Assembly: GCA_002633005.1 (NCBI GenBank)
Contig: NMRA01000206.1
Location: 471,203-535,202 of the forward strand
DNA length: 64,000 nucleotides
Direction of reading: 5' to 3'
Source: Phoronis australis
Taxonomy: Eukaryota > Animalia > Phoronida
Shown here piece after piece: positions 11,501 to 21,844 of the stretch. Within the stretch, counting starts at the first letter, position 1, and every line of letters starts with the position of its first letter. A program made the position numbers and the translations under genes. The notes under the pieces are model-generated. The model was given only the letters and a program-made list of their open reading frames with translations, was not told where the DNA came from and ran no database searches.

Positions 11501-14500
11501 CATTCTCTATTAAAGAGCAGTGGTGCCAGCGCCACATCGGAACAGTTGATTTACACACTGCGGGACGGTGTGCTACGACCTTCATTTCCGTCGACAGTTG
11601 CAAGGCCTTCACTGTCGACAGATTTTGTGAGAAAGCGTGACTTAAGTGCAGGAGAGTATCTGAAGAAGCTGAAGTCTTTCAAGAAGTCTGTGCTTGATAG
11701 TGAAGTTGAGGACCACTTGGTTAACTGGTAAGTTTTAATTTATTACCATGGAATTACTTTGATGTGTTGTTTGTTGACTGTTCCAACATTCTGCCTGAAT
11801 TGATGCCAAAATCGTTAATCCTTTGTGTACCCCCCTTGTGGTTGATATGAATTAAATTATCATCAGGCTGGTCGGGATTCATGGAAAACCTCTTTTGTTC
11901 ACAGTTGATGAAAAACTTTACGTAAAAGTGTCATCCATTCATATGAGTTCCTGTCAATCATTTCTGCCATATCATGCCATTCACATAGGAATGGTTGGTA
12001 TGACTTTATAGGAATGGCTGATGTTAATCCGTGGGAATGGTTGGTATGAATTTAATATAGGAATGGTTGATATTAATCCATGGGAATGGTTGGTATGAAT
12101 TTATAGGAATGGTTGATATTAATCCGTGGGAATGGTTGATATGAAGCTCATTTATGATGGATTATGATATACCAAACCTTCACATTCAATTTTCTTTATT
12201 TTGTCAAATTGGATAACACTAAGTCAAATCAGTCTTGCCCTTTTGTCATCTACTTGTGAGTCCTCCATCAGTTGCCAGAATCACCACATTGGATTTCCCA
12301 CTTCTCGTCATAGATGTAAGTTATCTGTTACTCAAATCTCTGATGTTGCAAGTTCAAAATTTCAGTTGTAACCTTCTCTTGTCTCCATGGTCAGTGTTGT
12401 ATTTGTTTATGATATTTTATAATTGCAGTCTTCCTGACTTTGGTAGTGTAGAATCTCTTGTCAAGGCTGTAGTGAAACGCCTGCCCCTTATAAAACCTGG
12501 CGTTGGTGAGTTAAGACATTCAATTGGTTAAACTTGCTATAAACCTGCCTTCTGTAAAAAGATAACTTTTGATTCGGACCATTTCGACTTATTCCTCTCC
12601 CATATTTTAAATGATTTTATTTAGTCCTATTTTATAAAGGTATTTACTAAAAGATCTAAATCCGAAGTTTATTTTCGACAGAAGCCTAGTTTATAGCACT
12701 TTTGATAACATTGTCTCCCTATTCTCAGACTGAAGTGCTGGTTATTCTGTGCTAACACGCTAACCACATGCTTATACTAAAATATCGATGTTAGCTGTGT
12801 AGACATGCTCTCATATCAAATTGTTGGAATCATTCATCATCGTGAATAGTACAAATGCATGCTTGAGATGTCACTACACAGTTTCACAATGTCTACTGCA
12901 CATACTCAGAACAACAATTTCAGGAAAAAGAGTTCTTCAGTTGCGCAGCAGTCTGCATCGTTCCATTTTGGATGATTTTTGCACTACTCAGTTATTTTTA
13001 AATGAAAATTTGTAAAAAGGTTCATTCCGGGTTGCGTACCATATATGGGAACATAAAAAGTCCCCTCGTGTATCTGAAGCTGTCTCTGGATTCAGTGGGA
13101 GGACATGGGCCGCTGTGCAAAACATTGAGTAACATCAATGGGTTAGTTGAACAGTGTGAGTGAAAGTTCTGTTGGTGGCCACAGTAAATGATGTTACGTT
13201 TTCAATACACCTGAGTCGATCAAAGGCATGTGAAACTTTAATATTTAGGCATGCATCTGTCTGTACTTTGGACTTTAGTTTCATGTTTTTGTGTTCCATT
13301 CATACCATCAAAACAGCATGTTTTGAGTTCATATGCTTTTGCGTAAATACGTGACATGCAGTAGAAATTGGAAATTCATTTATATTTAGTTTTTGTTGTA
13401 TGGTATCAAAAGCATTCTTTAAATCAAGGCACATTGTTGTATGGTATCAAAAGCATTCTTTAAATCAAGGCACATTGTTGTATGGTATCAACAGCATTCT
13501 TTAAATCAAGGCACATTGTTGTATGGTATCAAAAGCATTCTTTAAATCAAGGCATTTTGATGTGTCGTCCTGTGTTTACGTCATCCTGTGTTCACTTCAG
13601 ATCGCTCCATCCACCCATATTGTGTAGCCTCCGAAGAAGAGTTTCACAAGTGGAAAACAGGAAAGAAGAGAGCTTCTGAAGTGAGTTGCACACTGATTGT
13701 TTTGATGTTTTTAGAGTTATGAAGTTTTCATGGAGTTAAATCCTCATGCCTTCTTGCTACCCATTCCCATCCTGAGCGCGAGATTTTCTGAAAACGGCTT
13801 CTGTCAAACCTACTATCATGTCATTTAGTAGGCACCCCTTGGTTTAGCTATAGAAAAATTGCCAGGGAAAAAGATGAAATCTTGGACGGTTCTTGGTACA
13901 AGGTGAACATTTTTGCGTACATACCGTAATCGTTCGGGTTAACGCCCATGCTCAGTTAACCGCCCACCCCTACTTTAGGTGGATTTTCGATTTAACCGCC
14001 CACTGCTCGGTTAACCGCCCCCCTGCTATTTTTGAAGATTTCCAATTAAGCGCCCACCTCTCGGTTAAGCGCCCATCCCCTACTTTTGACGATTGGTGAT
14101 TACCGCTCTGTGCTAATAGGAAACGCGAATCCCCGACCTTTTAGATTAAGATCGATGATAACATTGAGTGCAACGACGGCCTCAGAGACCGCGGTTTAGC
14201 AATGTGAATTATGATACCAGTAACAAATTATTGTAACGGGTCATCGATTAACTTCAAAATGTAATACTTGAACACTTTGTCACTTTCTTTTCTTCTCATG
14301 TTCGCAAACTTTAGGAACCGCGCTGGCGTCTACACCTCNNNNNNNNNNNNNNNNNNNNNNNNNNNNNNNNNNNNNNNNNNNNNNNNNNNNNNNNNNNNNN
14401 NNNNNNNNNNNNNNNNNNNNNNNNNNNNNNNNNNNNNNNNNNNNNNNNNNNNNNNNNNNNNNNNNNNNNNNNNNNNNNNNNNNNNNNNNNNNNNNNNNNN

Positions 14501-17500
14501 NNNNNNNNNNNNNNNNNNNNNNNNNNNNNNNNNNNNNNNNNNNNNNNNNNNNNNNNNNNNNNNNNNNNNNNNNNNNNNNNNNNNNNNNNNNNNNNNNNNN
14601 NNNNNNNNNNNNNNNNNNNNNNNNNNNNNNNNNNNNNNNNNNNNNNNNNNNNNNNNNNNNNNNNNNNNNNNNNNNNNNNNNNNNNNNNNNNNNNNNNNNN
14701 NNNNNNNNNNNNNNNCCGCCCCCCCCCCGATTTCTTGAAATTTCACGTTTAAGCGCCCATGTCTGGTTAACCGCCCACCCCCGATTTTTTGGGTTCGCCA
14801 ATTTAACCGCCCAGGGCGTTAACCCGAACGATTACGGTAACAAAAACCCTTTTCTGTGATAATACAGTAGACACCATTGGCTATTAGTATTCTATGTAGC
14901 GAGCTATCAGGTTCCTTGTTAGCAGAAAACGTAGATTCTGAAATAGAATGAGATAATTTTCAAATGTTACATTTGCACATGGTGATCACATTTTGACTGT
15001 AGATGTGTAGTTAATGGTGAACTTGTCTGTAATGGACAATGGGCTTGACATTAATGAGATATCGGATTCATGAAGCTTACTAACCTGAAGTTCGCTTCAC
15101 TGGTGATTGTATGTCTGATTGTAGCTAAAGACAGTCACAATTTTTTCTTTAATTTGCATGCAGTTAGTTAATAGGATTCGTGAAAGCAGTCATAAAGTCT
15201 GAATATGAAAATGATCAACTTAAATTTTGTTGCAGCATTGCACTTAGATAAAAAGGATCTATGCACTGTGGCGTTGGCAATAATATGGCTATGACCACCT
15301 TGTCTATGACCTTTGATAAAATGGCCACAGATGACCTATTGGTCAAACAGTATCAATCCTGTTAGGCAGTGGGTGTCTTCAGTGTGTGACCTTACAGAGA
15401 CTGCCACACATGCTGGATAACAAACTCTAGTTTGCGCCACCTAGTGACTACCCTGTGAAAAACAAGTTGTAATCTTATAATCTCGAAAAATAATTGTAAA
15501 AATGCAACGGGTGTCGTACACAGCCTAGATATTATTATTAACAGAGTCATGTTGTTGGCAAGTGTGAGAATGCAATTGGCCGAACAAATTGGGCCCGTCT
15601 TTTTTCTGAGTTTCAGTAACGTAATTCATGCAGCTGGTTCTCCTGAAGTTGGAACACCAGCAGACCTCGGGTCAGTTGTAAACAGAGAACATTTCTCATA
15701 CTCATATGTGTGATAGCCTTCTTAGTAGTAAAATGCCTCACAAATACCTCATCTTCATCCTGCTTTCCGATTACAGTGGTTACGAGCACGAGCTGTTGGC
15801 CAGTGCATACGACACCTGCTCGACAAGGGAGGCAATCCCAAACAACTCCAAATTTGGTCAACGAAACGCACAATGACGTGGTGTCAAAGGAATGGTTATA
15901 CTCCTCTTGACAAAGGTGGTGTATTCATGTCGGCATATACCAGGTGGCGCTACTGAATGAACGGTCCTAGCTGCAGACATGCGTGCATTTAGATCATGTG
16001 TGTTTGTTGTCCAATGAATTGTACCATCTTTCAAATCTCACTTCAAATGAAAGATAATGAGAGAATCTTTATTCATCAGCGCCACCTAGTGATTAGTGAT
16101 CAGGCTCCCCATAGACTTCTTGGCCCTAAAATCTGGGTTCTTTATAAGTACATACTTGAGTACTGAAATGAGGCCTTATGCTTCGTCTTATTTTTAGTAT
16201 GCACTTATCTTTGCCTTTTTTCTGAATGGCATCCCTGAAATGTAAACAGATTGTCTATGAACTTTAGTTGCGGTATAATAAATGTATTAAAAATAATTTT
16301 CCTGGTATCCATAGCTTTTCAAGAATTATTTACAGGTGCCTTTCATCAGAAAACCTACTTCTGATTTAGAACAATAAAACAATAAAACTGATCTCAACTT
16401 GGTTCAGATTAAAAGTGACACCTGTGTCATAGAAGAATTGACTGTCCATTATTGCTCAAAACTTGATTTGATAATTTGGCTAGCCAGCCACATTGTTGTC
16501 TGCACATAAAGTTACTTTAGAGGAGCCACATTGTGAATTAGAATTTTACAGATGGTTATGTATCATGGATGTCATTCACACACAATAGGTCAGTGAAAGT
16601 AGTTCTTTGTGAGCCCTGCTCTTAGTCACACAACTGTCCCAGTTGGACTGTGTAACTACTACTATGGTCCTGGTTGAGAATACTGTTTTATTACCCCATG
16701 TAGATTATGAATATCCAAGCCCGGAATACACAGCAGGTTCACAGCCATGTTCAATTGTATGTCTTCAGGTTGGCTTCACTCAATGCGACTCAAAGCTACC
16801 AACCAAGCGGTCATGCCGACCACCTCTAGCTTTACAAGCAATCTTGACATGTTGAAGGCTGTGGAGAACCAACAGAGGGAGCTTGTTACAGTGAGAGATG
16901 ATGGTGACTTGGATATTGACATCATTAGTCTAGGTATGGCAGATATTCTATAATACAGGCTTGCCATTTATGCAAGTGTTCGTTTACATTCATGCTCCAA
17001 ACTCGATGGGTGTTATTTAACTTCACAAAGTTGATTTTAATAAAAGTAAAGTGGCATTAAAGTCTCATTTTGTCTAAGAAGCAGATTTTTTATTTAGACC
17101 ACTCGCTGCTGTTTAAATTGGTCTTAAATTGTTCCTTAAGTGCCATACCCACACAGACTTACCGTAGAACACGTTACTCCTGGAATGAGTTGTCGCTAGA
17201 TTTAAGGGCTGTGTGGGCGCTATTTAAACTAGACAAGTGCAATTTACACCACTTGTGACAACTTGAGTGCCGTCCATACACAGACTTACCCTAGAAAAAG
17301 TTACTCCTCGAACAAGTAGTCGCTACATTTAAGGCTGTTTGGGCGCTATTTAAACTAGTGGAACTTACCCCACTGCTGTCCACACACAGATTTACCCTAG
17401 AACAAGTTACACCTGGAATAAGTAGTCGCTAAGCTGTCTGGATGCTATTTTAGCTTGATGAGAAGGGATTCTGGTTTGCGAAGACCTGATGGTTCATCAT

Positions 17501-19725
17501 TGCTTGAGACCATGTTTGGCACATAAAATGACGTCAGTCTGGTCGTGACAGGACAACTTGTTAACCTTGGTCTCAAGCAAAGTTGTTTCAAAGCCCTGAA
17601 GCCATCGCCAGTTTGACTAAGGAACTATTTGAGACCAAATTTACAACAGTGCTAAGTGATCTAAATTAAAAGTTGCTTCATTGTCGTGGAAGCCAGGTTT
17701 ATAACCATTTTAAGGTTTAGAATCTTTTTGACCAATCGGTACGTCTTGTTTGTGGAATATTCGTTCAAGATGAAAGATTTTTTGTTCGCTTCAGAGGACA
17801 CCACCAAGCCGGAGCTGAAACAAGAGTTGTCTCCCTTGAAGTCTCCTGTGTCCAGCCAACAACACTTGCCACCATCAGAAGGCGCTGTGTGTGTCCAAGA
17901 AATTGCCCAGCAGGTAAGTTCACTGATTAGTTTGAAGTAGTCTCGGGTGTAGTGTTTTAAGTTATCTGTTGCTGAAATTTTTGTGCCCAAGACTTATTTC
18001 AACAGTTACGAATCAATGTGTAGTCTATGAGAAACTTTCACACAATTCTGTCGAGCATTTCGAACTCGATCGTCTCTAGTTCGTCTTGAATGCTTCATAG
18101 TGAGATTGCCTTACGGTTTTTAATTTGTGTCGTTTGTATTTTAATTTCCTGCGACTTTGACAACACTCCGTAAATGCTATGCAAACTAGTACGTCACAAT
18201 TATTTTGTGAGCCATTTCTTTGTCATGGGACAAGTTACATTGAACTTGGTTGTTCCCAATTTCTTTTTCAACAAATCATTTGTTGTTTCTGGGACACTTG
18301 AGTCAGAATTCTCAACATTCCAGATTGGAGTGAAACTCAAGCCTCATCAGATTGAGCCAAGCATTTTCTGCCCCCTGGTGGAGGAAATCTTGTGGTCGGT
18401 GAGTATTAGAACAAAATAAACCACTATAAAAAGAGCATTGGAACGTTGCATCGAAGACATGCTCGAAAAAGAGCATTGCTGTTTCCAGCATTTAACTTTG
18501 AATTGAAATGCAGTTTATCTTTTTCAGGTTCGACAGTTGTTTGTGGTTTTGTATAAAATGCCTCCTAATTGGTGGTTATTTGTTGAAAGTCTTCATTTAA
18601 CTTCACACTTCTCTTTACCAGTCATTTATTTCAATGGCATGAAGTTCACTGAATCAGCATCATAGTAGACTGGTACGCTCCATTCAAAACATCAGTGTAG
18701 ACCATAAGCTTCTTTTTCTACCAACTGTTTAATTTTCATCAACCGTCTTGTTCGAACTGGTGCCGGCCCACATTTCTTCAGCCTTGTCTCCGTTTTGACC
18801 TTGGACATTACTGGTTGACTTGTGACTAAATCTGTCTGCGGCTTTTGTTTACAAGTTCTGCCGTGATAGCTTTGTTGGAAGCAGACGACTTTCATGCAAT
18901 TTTGTTTAAGGCGACAAAAAATCATTTCGCATGCCGTCCAACAAGCAAACATTCAACTGGACCTCTTATCAGTTTACAATCTCAATTATTCTCGACTTGT
19001 CCCTTACTCAGATGATGAATGATTTCTGAAGTCACTTCTAATTTAACAAAGGAACAGCTCGAGACCAATGTCACTATGGTTCGAGGTAGGAATCACGAGT
19101 TGGTCATGTGATGGAAAGCAGGTTAATGAACGGTTTAGAATTTGTCTTGAAAAGTACATCTGCTTGCCAGTGAGTGAATTACATTCAACTATTCAGACCG
19201 TGTTCACTTTGGAAAACCCACTAATGCACATCGGAGATTAAAGGGTTAATTAACCTTTGTCTTCTGTCAAATATCAATCGATTTAGGGCACTTAGTAACA
19301 AAATCAGCCTTTTATTTTCATAACTGGCGTCAAGTGGTGCTGAGGTTAAAAAAAAGAAGCCGATCCATTTCAGCTGGTATCACGTGATGTTCTTTTTAAA
19401 AAGTTTGGACATTATAAAAATACTGCCTCATTTTTCTTAAGCAAGCCAAGCTAGAACCAATTCTCTTTGGCCTTAACAGACAGAACTAAAGATCTCAGCC
19501 CAAGCCATGCTTTGTTGTGTGTGTGTGGACATCTGTTTCTGTTTGTAGGCAACATGCCAGATGGCAGACGACATTGTGCGCGCGGCTGTGGCGGGCAAGT
19601 GCGAGAGAGAGGGCTTTCCAAGCGAGTTGAATGTAGCTGATATTTATCAAGCCATCACGTCCCTAGACAATATGAACTTTCTCACAAACTCTGGTCTGGG
19701 CAAGATGGAACACGGTCATGAATAG
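2474..19725 (+). CDS. YEATS2: YEATS domain-containing protein 2 (ATAC complex acyl-lysine reader), 15 coding exons, ~1102 aa
   Basis: Hand-spliced exons 2474-2573, 3303-3400, 3923-4009, 4612-4797, 5292-5383, 6196-6357, 9541-9652, 10088-11727, 12429-12505, 13601-13680, 15777-15915, 16769-16933, 17795-17913, 18324-18398, 19549-19725 sum to 3309 nt with consistent phases. N-terminus [15 protein letters not shown]..., YEATS domain [75 protein letters not shown]-terminus IYQAI..NFLTN, all matching vertebrate YEATS2 as recalled. Confidence 0.95.
3303..3400 (+). CDS. YEATS2: YEATS2 exon 2 ([33 protein letters not shown])
   Basis: AG/GT boundaries; matches the YEATS2 N-terminal coiled coil. Confidence 0.9.
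3923..4009 (+). CDS. YEATS2: YEATS2 exon 3 ([21 protein letters not shown]...)
   Basis: AG/GTGAGT boundaries; conserved LRACIVA.YY motif. Confidence 0.9.
4612..4797 (+). CDS. YEATS2: YEATS2 exon 4 ([20 protein letters not shown]...)
   Basis: Acceptor ctcag and HPA.KK motif; the 3' boundary is less certain. Confidence 0.75.
5292..5383 (+). CDS. YEATS2: YEATS2 exon 5 (...[16 protein letters not shown])
   Basis: Start of the YEATS domain; donor gtaagt at 5384. Confidence 0.9.
6071..6226 (+). repeat. Degenerate 42-bp tandem repeat spanning the acceptor of YEATS2 exon 6
   Basis: Units TGATTGG..AG.T....CACATGATAA.CGAG.T start at 6101, 6143 and 6185, with a more degenerate unit near 6071. Confidence 0.8.
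6196..6357 (+). CDS. YEATS2: YEATS2 exon 6 ([53 protein letters not shown])
   Basis: YEATS core including HPSY; donor AG|gtaatg at 6358. Confidence 0.95.
6329..8927 (+). repeat. 40-bp minisatellite spanning the donor of YEATS2 exon 6, ~10 copies, interrupted by a transposon
   Basis: TACCGACCTAATGACCTGGCCGTCATAAGGTAATGTATTG x9 at 6329-6688, resuming at 8875-8927. Confidence 0.95.
6690..8870. mobile_element. Non-autonomous DNA transposon, hAT-like termini, 5-bp TSD
   Basis: TIR CAGGGCTCGAC...GTCGAGCCCTG, subterminal CCAGGTCGCATTTTGCGAC repeats at both ends, TSD ATTGT (6685-6689 / 8871-8875), no long ORF. Confidence 0.9.
9439..9520 (+). repeat. 14-bp tandem repeat (TTGACCTCTGGGTC) ~6 copies
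   Basis: Units at 9468, 9482, 9496 and 9510, with degenerate units at 9439 and 9454. Confidence 0.85.
9541..9652 (+). CDS. YEATS2: YEATS2 exon 7 ([37 protein letters not shown])
   Basis: GWGEF motif; ends at a GC donor AAG|gcaagt. Confidence 0.95.
10088..11727 (+). CDS. YEATS2: YEATS2 exon 8, large S/T/A/K-rich low-complexity exon
   Basis: ORF 10070-11731; the exon begins [21 protein letters not shown]; donor gtaagt at 11728. Confidence 0.92.
11988..12145 (+). repeat. ~23-bp minisatellite (GGAATGGTTG core), alternating two variants
   Basis: ggaatggttggtatgaatttata and ggaatggttgatattaatccgtg alternate for ~7 units. Confidence 0.85.
12429..12505 (+). CDS. YEATS2: YEATS2 exon 9 ([25 protein letters not shown])
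   Basis: Resembles human LLTAVVKKIPLI; AG/GTGAGT boundaries. Confidence 0.85.
13393..13555 (+). repeat. 41-bp tandem repeat x4
   Basis: TTGTTGTATGGTATCAAAAGCATTCTTTAAATCAAGGCACA at 13393, 13434, 13475 and 13516. Confidence 0.92.
13601..13680 (+). CDS. YEATS2: YEATS2 exon 10 ([27 protein letters not shown])
   Basis: Resembles human WNIGKRRAAE; AG/GTGAGT boundaries. Confidence 0.88.
13924..14837. mobile_element. Tc1/mariner-pogo-type MITE with TA TSD (internal assembly gap)
   Basis: TIR CCGTAATCGTTCGGGTTAACGCCC ... GGGCGTTAACCCGAACGATTACGG, flanked by TA on both sides; subterminal TTAACCGCCCA repeats. Confidence 0.88.
15777..15915 (+). CDS. YEATS2: YEATS2 exon 11 (WLRARAV...[13 protein letters not shown])
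   Basis: Resembles human WQRA...WCRCHGYTP. Confidence 0.88.
16769..16933 (+). CDS. YEATS2: YEATS2 exon 12 (...[10 protein letters not shown]...DLDIDIISL)
   Basis: Phase-compatible; resembles human SSFSS...EVDILSL. Confidence 0.75.
17140..17455 (+). repeat. Degenerate ~110-125-bp tandem repeat x3
   Basis: CACACAGACTTACC.TAGAA..AGTTAC.CCT.GAA..AGT.GTCGCTA...GCGCTATTTAAACTAG recurs three times. Confidence 0.8.
17795..17913 (+). CDS. YEATS2: YEATS2 exon 13 (...[17 protein letters not shown])
   Basis: Resembles human YLPPTPGSEFIGDVTQK; donor gtaagt. Confidence 0.85.
18324..18398 (+). CDS. YEATS2: YEATS2 exon 14 ([25 protein letters not shown])
   Basis: Resembles human IGITLQP...VVEDMILK. Confidence 0.85.
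19549..19725 (+). CDS. YEATS2: YEATS2 last exon ([13 protein letters not shown]...[27 protein letters not shown])
   Basis: Histone-fold-like C-terminus; TAG at 19723-19725. Confidence 0.9.
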   Translation, partial: ATCQMADDIVRAAVAGKCEREGFPSELNVADIYQAITSLDNMNFLTNSGLGKMEHGHE

Positions 19726-21701
19726 CCTATGAATGTATGCAAACAGCGATGGATCGGATTATTCCAAAGTTTTGGCTGTCTTTGATGTACTGTTGCCGTT
19801 AGCTATTATTTTTCACGTTTGTTTCATTGTCTACATGTGAATTGAGCCTTGTTATAACATACACAGTGAAGTTGTTGAAATCTGTGTATTATAACGACAG
19901 GTGTAACCACAGCAAGACACACATATATTATGTAAAATCAGGACTTGGAAGTTTTTGCATTATGTCGCTGTTAGGATCTATTGCAATGATGTTCAACTGT
20001 ATCAGACATCTTGAAAAATATTGAGAAACTGGTTTCGTAAAGTTAGCACCCCATTTTCCTTGTAAAAGGTGATCACTTACTGTGATCCACATTTTAACAA
20101 CCAGTTTTTAACAGGCATCAAACTGAGGCAACACCATAAAGAGAAGATTGTTCTCATCCATCTATTCTTTGAAATTAAGAAGTCAAAACAGACGTGATAA
20201 TGTATTTGTAATTCGGAAAAATGAGTTTGCATAAAATATAATTTATATTTGTCTACTTAAATTTTGATTTTAGGCACCGATGGGAGGTGTTGGTTTAGTA
20301 CTATCAGGCTGAGGGTTCACCAATACAAGAGTACATTCTTTATTTTACATACATTCACCAATGTATCTCTATAATCTAATTAATTTAAAAGTGCATTTCC
20401 TTCCGTTTCTTAGAAAGTGCAGTGCCACATATCAAGTGTATTACTAATACTACATGCCATGCACTATGACAGTTCTTGTCATGTTTATTTTCGACATCTG
20501 AAATTGTCAGTTATGACTCCGTCAGCTCAAATTGCCCGTTTTCAATTGTCTTGTAGCTTGGAGCCCTGAGAAACCTTGCGCAAAGTTTTTACGTCACACT
20601 TTCTATAGAAATAATTACAAATCCCACGCTATTTTCAAAAGCCATATTTCAGTATTAATGACCGCTCCCCTTGTCGGTAATAATTAACCATGCAACAATT
20701 ATAGAAAAGTGATGTCACCGACGCAGCTAAAGACAGGTATCGTGTTTCTGTACTGCCACATATGCAGCACAATGACCAATGCATTCCCAGTTCACTGGAT
20801 ACTGGACAGGAAGACTTCCAACAATCCAACAAAAAATACAAGTATTTATTAGGAGTGTGCAACTTTGCTAGTTTCACAGAAAGCGTACTGCAAAAGTTGC
20901 ATTGCACAAATTCTTTACCACAAAACACATTTTTCATAAAATCAGATTCAATTTTCCTTCTTTCATATAGTGACAATAGTTTCACCGGATGTCCACATTC
21001 TTACAGCATTGAAAGACATTGTAGAACACTGACCTAATTAAAATCACTGACATTCATTAAGGATGCAATGCTCGCATCTAGGTAGTACACCCGTACCTTC
21101 ACTTTTTACATAACTTCGAAGCTATCATTGGAATGACCACGATTTCTTCCACCAAAAAGCTTGTAATGTTCTGTTCACAAACCCATGTAGTAAGCATATT
21201 CAGATATTGTAATGGCACCGGGAAAATGAGAGGTTGATAGATGGAAAAAGAATGTTTGTTGATTTAACAACAATCAGCGCCACCTACACTGCACATGATT
21301 TGAATGAAAACTAGCAGACCTCTAAATTCTTTAGTCCGAATGCCGTCAAATTAACTCTATTGCGCAATAGGATGCTCAAATGACTTCTGTAAAAAGTAAA
21401 CACCACAAAATATTTCAAGATAAAAGACATGCTGCTCCATCTAGTTCCAATTTGGTACCACATGTGGCCATTTTAACAAAATCTGAAGCCATCTTTTATC
21501 AATCACAACAGTGAAGACTTCTATGTTTGATGTTAAATCTTTACACTAAAGGTCCAGTTCCATTCCACTACATATACTAGCTCAGCCAACAACATGGCCA
21601 CAACACATGAGCCTTCCTGATATTAAATTAATGACATACAAACTTAACAACACATGGTGATCTTCAAATGCTCTCAGTTGTTTACTCCACAACAGAGGGC
21701 A

Positions 21702-21844
21702 CTAGTCCATTTTCTTGCCATTTTGTTTTCCTTTGATGAAATCTTTGTACTGAGCGTCTGTTCCAAACAACTTGTCCCACCACACGAATGTGGAGGCATA
21801 GTTACCAACGAAGTTCTGGTGATGAAAGTCATGGAACCGAGCAC
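21702..21844 (-). CDS. MSMO1: MSMO1 last exon (GARFHDFHH...KKMD*)
   Basis: His box 3; stop at 21702-21704. Confidence 0.95.

Noticed and set aside
14268-14801. ORFs of 138-173 aa (similarly 34750-35610 and 54882-55221)
   Set aside because: Artefacts of translating N gaps.
16552-16736. Two small candidate YEATS2 exons (16552-16588, 16704-16736)
   Set aside because: The first breaks frame; the second would leave a 32-nt intron. Exon 11 joins exon 12 in phase without them.
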